Positions 41,701-48,800 of a stretch of 64,000 bases of DNA are shown in pieces. The stretch covers positions 32,001 to 96,000 of IMG/VR virus record IMGVR_UViG_3300025093_000012, one strand, 5' to 3'. This stretch comes from a virus. The position numbers were made by a program, and so were the translations under genes. Under the pieces are notes generated by a model. It was not told the origin of the DNA. It saw only the letters and a list, made by a program, of their open reading frames with translations, and did not search any database. The stretch's first letter is position 1. Each line of letters starts with the position of its first letter.

Positions 41701-44700
41701 ATGATTTACCATCTCTAATGTGGTAACCAATATATTCTCTTGCTCCTTGTCTACCTAAAAAGTTAGATAATGCAGCAATGTCTAACATTGACATTCCATG
41801 ATCAACATCTTTGTACTCATTATACACCTCTTCTCCAGCAAGTAACAATCCTGGAATACCTTCTAATTCACCATAAGCTCTTTTTCTAAATAGATCTTTT
41901 TGAAAGTCAGTGTCTTCTGCAAACTCTGCTCTTGTGCCATCATACTGATCTTTTACCTCACTCCATAACTGACCATATAAACCAGTTGCAGATGATTCAG
42001 GATTTAACATTAACACACCATTCAAACTTTCTGTGTGTCTTATACCACGCTCTAAGTCATCAAAACTTACTGTCTCTTCTCCTTCTTGTGCAGATCTCAA
42101 ACTGCCTCCACGTTTTTTATTAGTCCAAGATTCTTGGAATACATACTCTTTAAGTGGAATAGCTCTTACAGAATGTGCATCATGTTCTAATGCTCCTTCA
42201 GTCTTATATGTTGCACCTTGATCTCCTGCATGTGAAATAAGATCTTTTACATAATTTACTGAAAAAGGAAGTCTTCCCATTTCACGTAACTGTTGTGAGT
42301 GAGATAATTCCTCAAGTAAAATATCCATTAAAGCATAGGGTCCACCTTCCATGTAGTCTTCTGTAATAAATATATTACCTCCAGATGAAGCATCAGTCAT
42401 AGGATTGACATGAGGAGCAACTCTTGACTCTTGTCCTGTTAGTCCTGCAGCCACATCCGTAACTTCTTGAAAGCTTGGTGAAAATCCTCCTAAAAATCCA
42501 GGTTCATAATCTGCACCTATATTAAGATTAGGTTGTCCTAGTTGATTCCAAACATCTATAAATCTATCATAAGTACCTTGGTCATATTGATAATCAATAC
42601 CTTGTTCAAGTAAACCTAATACTCTATTTGTATTTGCATCTTCAGTTTGACCATAGTAATCAGTAGTGTATCTTGTACCATCATAAACAAAACTTTGACC
42701 TGGTCCAAGATCTTTTCTTGCTTTTCCAAATGCATCATCTTTATTAGATGCTTTACTTGTATAATCTTTTGGAGCAGAAATAGCATCAAATTCTCCTGAA
42801 AGAAATCCACCAACAGCTGATGCAGCATCTTCATAACCTGCACCTCTTGTGTAGTTATATGGATTTGCATATGTTGATGCTAACTTACCTATATCATCAT
42901 AACCTGTAGCCTCTTCTAATTTATTACTTAAATATTTATTTACATCAGAATTTACAAATGCATCTTTAGCTCTATTATATAAAAAAGTCAAACCAAATCC
43001 TGTCTGTGCTTTAGGTAAATCACCACCTTCCTGATAATACTTATTCATTATATTAATAAAGTTCTGTGGATCTTTAAGATTTAAATACTTACGCATACCA
43101 GATAAATCACCAGCTGTTTCAAAATGCTTTAATGTATATGGGTCAGATGGTTTAAGACCAAGTCTTAATCTTTCTTCCATCATTCTAGCTTTAATCTCAG
43201 TTGGTTGTGTATAATAACCAAAATCATACCTACCACTCTTTCCAGATTTACTAGATGATTTTAATAAATCTGTATTTACTAGTCCTTTTAAATCAGATCT
43301 TTGTTGTCTGCTTAATCTCCCACTTCCTGCATCCATAAAATGTGACCACTCATGAATATTTGTACCTTGTGTATTTCCAAAACTGCCAACTCTGTTGGTA
43401 TAAAATTTATTTCCAAAGTTTCTTCCAGCTGCAGGATGAAAATAAATACCTCCTGTATTAAGACTTTTATCTAAATAATTTTTGGTTGCATCAAATCTTC
43501 CTTTTAAAGTTCTTGGATAATCGGCAAACATATCTTTACCTAATTGTAAGTATGTATTAGAAAATTTATTACCTGGTGCATTAGCAGCAATATCATCTAT
43601 GCTTGGAAATTTAATATCTGGATACCTACCTAATACTTGTATACCATCATCTCTTACTGGTCTAGTAATCTTTAGTATATCATCATAACTTTGTCTATAG
43701 TTAATCTTATCATGTATAGTAGGTACATAACCTGATTCTAATGGATTACCTTTTGTAAACATAAAACCAGCAGGTCTATTCTGATTTAAACCTATTCTTA
43801 AATTACCTTGATTAAAGTCTCTTGCTAAACGTACCTGTTCAGTATTTACATATTTTTGATAAGCTGGATCATTTATATAATTCTCTACATATTTAAATGT
43901 TCCTTGATCAGTATTTGGTACACCTGATTTTATTTTTGAACGCTTTATTGCAAGATCAACATCTTTTATAATATTCTTTCCTGCTGTTTTTCCTGTTTGA
44001 ACAATAGGCTTTCCTGCCTGTACACCTGCTGGAATAAAAGGTACTGCACCTAATGCATTAAATGCTGCATCAACATACTCTCCTTGTTTTAAATCATCTA
44101 CAGCAGCATCACCATAACCAAGAAATGCAAATGGATTTAACACATCAAATGCATAATCATATGGGTTTCTATTTGGTACATCCATAGGAATTCTATCTGG
44201 AAGGTCCTGCCCTCTTACTAAATATCCTAATGTTGTCATTGGATTTGCTAAATAGCTCATCCCTTTTTCTATTATGGATGGTTCTTCATAAGGTCTTATT
44301 TCTCCCTGATCTGGAGGTAAAGGAACTCCTTCCTCTTCTTGAAGTTGAATATTTGTATCTATTATAGGTGGCATTGCCACTCTTGTATTATCTGAAGGAG
44401 CAACATATGGTTCAATACCTAATTGTGCCATAGGCAATGATCCACCTTTTTGATTCTTTGGTAATACTAAATACTCAGGACGGTGTGGTTCTCTTCCAAA
44501 CAACCAGTTGTAATACTCAGCATCATATAACTTTTTTGTATGTTCTGAAGGTATATAACCGCCATCATCTTGCCAAGTGCCTCCTTGAAATCCATCTACA
44601 TTATGATAGACAGATTGATTGCTAAATGTAGGATGATTAGGTTTCTTCCATTTATCACTACCATGATTATCCTCATCCATTTTTTCAAAGTCACCAGACT

Positions 44701-45802
44701 TCCAAAAACCTTGTATATCATAAGCACCCATGTCCATCATGATATCTCTACCCTGTCTTGCAGATTCAGACTTAACCCATTCTGTAAACTGTGTTAGCTC
44801 ATCTTCTGTTAGATCAGTATTATACTTATCACGAAACATCATCTCAGGATCAAAATCACCACCCGCTTGAGCCATAAATAATTCACTCTGTTGAGAATCA
44901 TCCATAGCAATATTATTTAATAACCAAATAAGATCATCTTCTGAGTAGTTTTTTAAAAGTCTATTTTTAAGATAACTACTCTTAGATTTTCTTAATGTTT
45001 CTTTATCTATATCCTCTGTACCTGCATCATAAAGACCTTGTTGAAATAATTCAAACCTAAGAGCATTTAAATCTGATTTATTTTCATCAGGCTCTGTGTC
45101 ATGACGTGTTTGTCCTTCATAGGTTTGTAGTCTAGAAACTAATTCATCTATATCATATTGATTTAATCTATCTCCAGTTTTTCTATTAGGTTTAAAATTT
45201 TGTAATTCAGCATGCCCATATTCATGAGCTATTATAGAACTTCCATCACCATAACCATATTTTTCTGCATCGTCTGAATTATAAATTATAAGGTCATCAG
45301 ATGGTGAATACATAGAACCATATGCACTATAAGGTTCACCTTTATACATTTTTATTAATTGGTCAATAAATCCTGGTGTTCCGCGTTGAACCATATAACC
45401 AGTATCAGCTACTTGACTTGCTCTTAAATCTCTCTCATCCTCTGGAAAATTATAACCAGATGACTGCAACCTTTCTAAATATTTAGGTGAGTTTATATAA
45501 TTAAGAGTAAAATCTTTTGCATCACTATTTTGAAATACTCTATTTGGATCTTGTGGTTCTAAAGCATCAAATAATTCTCCATAAAAACCTCCACCTCTCT
45601 GAACCAACGGAACTTCAAAAACAGAACTACCAGGAAATGTATAGTTAGCACCTGGCATCATAACTCTGCTGTTACCTAAATTATCCATACCAAACACAGG
45701 AAAGTCTACATCTTTCATAGTTATATTACCTGATGGTATTATATTATAAGGATTATTCTTATCCTTACTTGTTCTCTTATATCCGTCTTTACTGTACTTC
45801 AT
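38795..45802 (-). CDS. multi-enzyme modular virion protein: 3 zincin-like, lytic transglycosylase-like, 3 LysM, L,D-transpeptidase (YkuD)-like and a second lysozyme-like domain
   Basis: HEYGH (45212-45226), HEWSH (43340-43354), EELSH; HTES...SATGLYGQ; YTIKSGDTLGRIA, HRVKRGESLSAIA, YTVKAGDNLTKIA; MAFHG...TNGCIN; YESGMG...SVGWTQ. Confidence 0.8.
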   Translation of the reverse strand: MKYSKDGYKRTSKDKNNPYNIIPSGNITMKDVDFPVFGMDNLGNSRVMMPGANYTFPGSSVFEVPLVQRGGGFYGELFDALEPQDPNRVFQNSDAKDFTLNYINSPKYLERLQSSGYNFPEDERDLRASQVADTGYMVQRGTPGFIDQLIKMYKGEPYSAYGSMYSPSDDLIIYNSDDAEKYGYGDGSSIIAHEYGHAELQNFKPNRKTGDRLNQYDIDELVSRLQTYEGQTRHDTEPDENKSDLNALRFELFQQGLYDAGTEDIDKETLRKSKSSYLKNRLLKNYSEDDLIWLLNNIAMDDSQQSELFMAQAGGDFDPEMMFRDKYNTDLTEDELTQFTEWVKSESARQGRDIMMDMGAYDIQGFWKSGDFEKMDEDNHGSDKWKKPNHPTFSNQSVYHNVDGFQGGTWQDDGGYIPSEHTKKLYDAEYYNWLFGREPHRPEYLVLPKNQKGGSLPMAQLGIEPYVAPSDNTRVAMPPIIDTNIQLQEEEGVPLPPDQGEIRPYEEPSIIEKGMSYLANPMTTLGYLVRGQDLPDRIPMDVPNRNPYDYAFDVLNPFAFLGYGDAAVDDLKQGEYVDAAFNALGAVPFIPAGVQAGKPIVQTGKTAGKNIIKDVDLAIKRSKIKSGVPNTDQGTFKYVENYINDPAYQKYVNTEQVRLARDFNQGNLRIGLNQNRPAGFMFTKGNPLESGYVPTIHDKINYRQSYDDILKITRPVRDDGIQVLGRYPDIKFPSIDDIAANAPGNKFSNTYLQLGKDMFADYPRTLKGRFDATKNYLDKSLNTGGIYFHPAAGRNFGNKFYTNRVGSFGNTQGTNIHEWSHFMDAGSGRLSRQQRSDLKGLVNTDLLKSSSKSGKSGRYDFGYYTQPTEIKARMMEERLRLGLKPSDPYTLKHFETAGDLSGMRKYLNLKDPQNFINIMNKYYQEGGDLPKAQTGFGLTFLYNRAKDAFVNSDVNKYLSNKLEEATGYDDIGKLASTYANPYNYTRGAGYEDAASAVGGFLSGEFDAISAPKDYTSKASNKDDAFGKARKDLGPGQSFVYDGTRYTTDYYGQTEDANTNRVLGLLEQGIDYQYDQGTYDRFIDVWNQLGQPNLNIGADYEPGFLGGFSPSFQEVTDVAAGLTGQESRVAPHVNPMTDASSGGNIFITEDYMEGGPYALMDILLEELSHSQQLREMGRLPFSVNYVKDLISHAGDQGATYKTEGALEHDAHSVRAIPLKEYVFQESWTNKKRGGSLRSAQEGEETVSFDDLERGIRHTESLNGVLMLNPESSATGLYGQLWSEVKDQYDGTRAEFAEDTDFQKDLFRKRAYGELEGIPGLLLAGEEVYNEYKDVDHGMSMLDIAALSNFLGRQGAREYIGYHIRDGKSLETVFPKLYGENAEYSNKTPDEYIETFRKGVLEDKKSGGEFMRKMNRLKQQLDLYNRGGVISPIAKKELEERGLIEPVIMRVGGSYTIKSGDTLGRIARDNGLTLKELVDLNPTFRGREGMIRPGEQVFFDVNSKDIAESNNPVLKHRVKRGESLSAIANRYKVSVAEIAELNNITNPSLILVNQKLIIPQHSQYEETESTKSQEAAAVSPITTIDEVVVNDTTPVNEVWVKREQDENGVWRSVSGKKNNIQEINKLDQFQTIVQGMNDEYGVDEEKVEKVYTVKAGDNLTKIAEKEGVSLGRLMADNGISRQNQNNLRVGQKLTINRTASNAYLILDEKKGKIHLLYPGEETPRQSYDVLTGQATGDAATVTKVAVYYKGKQLSQDELNEAMKDNGVSTIDELIKVPGYRTKVDWKSGNKQTGAGVYTISSAKADGGRAYGADTRADVPSFTFENEDGISQSMAFHGVTRGRVSNLYDNDGTNNRLTNGCINGKCTDLQELYDNPDVGVGTMMYVLPEDKDNAFVYENGKLNLYASKENIEKAETSYDQLNSKGEVIGEIEGGQGINTSINNLYNYKPIMFEYNNDIAEESGYIDGTAGNRLEEYNEITKPFLNALATNKKDMMEILNIDGDLYNDIALTAFGIYGYESGMGDRNNWVSDYSRLIRKAVTGKGSSGSVERKYDNISGKGKEPYRSVGWTQLRVADGNTDPRERELLAEADKRFETNFTTPIETKLSQAEIDLLSPDEYKIAEANDFKGRVFSYNDGENTISQYHQFDINNSELMDPEKSAIATALILGNRYQTQISREDKNSEDFDVYTSLAKTWRPGKKADNYARFVNNHIPIVTLSETNIDNMDEKVVTKEEPKSNWEIFQDNTEEAWDTFTNMMARSAKTMLRPIMFSYGGEFGLQNQIQFYNDYVRGVYDNTQQSKSAKKLYDKINRMYYNDYKGTKMNALDVMNRMNTPPNN

Positions 45803-48800
45803 TACCTAAATGATACGTTTATTTTACTATTGTTTAGTTTCAATATCATCTTTCTATTTCCTGAAACTCTCTTTCTTAATACAACTGCATTCCAGTAGTG
45901 TCTAAACTTCTTACGTTGGAAGAATGGTTTGTTTAGATCTATGTTAGCTAAGTTTAAATCTCTAATGTATCCGTTAAGTTGAGTTATAAATATTGGCTCA
46001 CTAACATTAGGATCAAACTCACCTCTATTATTAGTTACATCCCAGAATTGATTGAATCTATATTTCTGCTCTTCCTTACTATATAGTATTTGAATATCAT
46101 TAGGTGTAATCTGTGGATACTGAGTAATTAACGGAGCATTGTTTTTAGGTGATAAATTTAATGCTAATAATCCTGATACTTGCTCTGTGTTATGTAGAAT
46201 TGCTTCATCAAAATTATAATCTAAATCATGGAATCTATCACCACAATCATTATCTAGATTACCTCTATATATGTATGACTCTAATTGATACTCTATACTT
46301 CTTACTGTATTAACTGTTTGTCCAACAGATTCAATTAGCTCTACCTCCCATGGATAATCTTCTGTATAGTAGTTTGTATATAAGTCACATCTATCGTTAT
46401 GTTTCCAGATACCACCTCTCTCATTAATAGAAGGGATACAGCATAAATAATCAAATTGACACATTGTAGGGTCAGGATTAACAAATGCTGGATTACCAAT
46501 ACCTGTATCTTCATTATAATATTCTGCTATACCATTTGGTATATCATCAGGACATGTTCCCAATTGTTGTAAACTTCCAGGTACATATGAATCTGGTAAA
46601 CTGTTTTCTATATCACAATCACATTCTATCTTTCTACATATACCATTTTTACGGTCACCTAATTGTTCATTACAATCTAATGGATCAGTTAAAATTTCAT
46701 ATGGTGAATCTATTGATATTCTTTCATAACCTTCAGGACATGTGCATGTAATAGTAGCACATATATTATCAGCTAACTCAGCTGAAAATGGTGTGATTTC
46801 AAGAGGTGTTAAATCTAATCTTTGGAAATTAGTATTATTATTAGTTATTATATCAAACTGAGCAGCAGGTGCAGTATTAGTAGGATGACAAAATATACCC
46901 CATGACTCACTATTAATTTCTGCTATTCCTTGATTAAATGCATCTATGTTCGGTAATCCAAATACAACATTAGGTAAATCTGTTGGAAAAGAACTTCCTT
47001 GAAACTGTGAATAGTATGCTGCTCCTGCAGCATTAGGATTATCCCCTGCAGCACCATCAGCAAGTTGAATATGTATCCTTCTATACAATGGGTTTGCTGT
47101 TCTATCACCTAATGTAGAATTTGTAACATCAGATAATTGTTGTTGACCATTATCAAATGCTTCATAAAAGTCAGTACCTTGAGTAGATGAAGTCATTGCA
47201 TCTGTTCCCCAGTTTGTACTACCTGTATAGTGTGACATTGAGATACTATTGGTATTATAGTTCCCCGACATATCTGGTGTAACATTTGAATATGAAGTTC
47301 CCCATTGATTAAGACCTATCTGTGCATTACCTGAATTCATCTCTGGTGCAAATTCTGCAACAAACTCATCTACAAACTGCTGAAATGAATTAAAGAAACT
47401 GCTAGTTGATCCTGAGCGGTCAACACTAATTACTATATCTACAAGACACTCTGCTTGATCTGATACAGGAACTGGTAGTTCTTCATCAACAATCACATTA
47501 CCAGGAACTTCAGTTGTCCCTTGTTGACAACATTCATTAGTTACGGGATCATAAGTAAATCCAGGAGGACAAGATGGTATTTCATCTAACTCAATATTCT
47601 TTGTTGTAAAGAAATGATTTAAGCTAGGTATTGTTAAATCAGGATGCCAGTCATGGAATGAAATCCATGCTTTAGCTTTTGGATCATAACTTACCGTCCA
47701 AGAAACATCTTTAAAGTATTGCTCATCATCAATGCTAATAGGTATAGTATTATCTATAAATTCTCCAGGTATAACTTCTGTATATATACAAGTTGATGTA
47801 CCAATAGTATCATTAGCATCTGGGCATAAACCAGTTACTGTTGGAACAAAACCATTAGAATCAGGAGGACATTCACAATCATATGTAGTAGTATCTCTTC
47901 TACAAACTGGACAATCTTCCGTCCCTCCATCTGTACCATCCGTATATTCTGTATATCCTTCATCACATCTAAACCCTGTTGTTCCATTCTCACGTAAGAA
48001 GTCATTAACATCAGATGACCATAGTTTTGGTAAGCTTGCCCATGATGTTGCACTTTGAATATCTAACCAATTATCTACATCAATTACAGCAGCAGCTAAA
48101 GCTCCAGGTGTTCCCTGTTGATTCAAACCTGTCATTCTAAATCTAGTACATCCTTGCTGCAACTCATATCTGTATATCCAAGCTTTTGAATATTGTGATG
48201 CATTAGCTGCATCTCCTGCAAGCCAAGCAAAGTTTCCTCCAGCACCTGTTTGACCAGACCAAATGCCAGCTAATCCAACACCAAATAGTGTATTATCATT
48301 TGGTTGAACAACTGTTGACCAAACACCACCAATATTTTCTTCAAATAAAAATCCATTATCAGCAGCTAATAGTATATGTACAGTTTTAGGTACAGGCACA
48401 TTAACCTGAAACTCAGCTACTGCAAAATTATTTGGTTCATTACCTGACCCTCTCATTAATGCATTTACTATACCATTTGTATTATTAGCTGGAGTATTTC
48501 TCCACCAAGTATTAGATCCGTTATCTGTTATGTAATGCCATGTATTTGGATCTGCTTGATTACTAGGCATTCCATCAATTGCTACATCATCAATAACAAT
48601 TGGCCAGTCTCTACCATATCTACTATTACCATAAGAAGCTAATCCAGCACTTGTACCCACACCAATTGCAGCACCATACTCATAAGTTGTAGTGCTAGTT
48701 AAAATAGGTTCTAGTTCATACTCACCTTTACATAATACTTCTCCTGTTACTGGATTAACATTTGTTTCATATCCATCTGGACAACATGCTATTGGATCTG

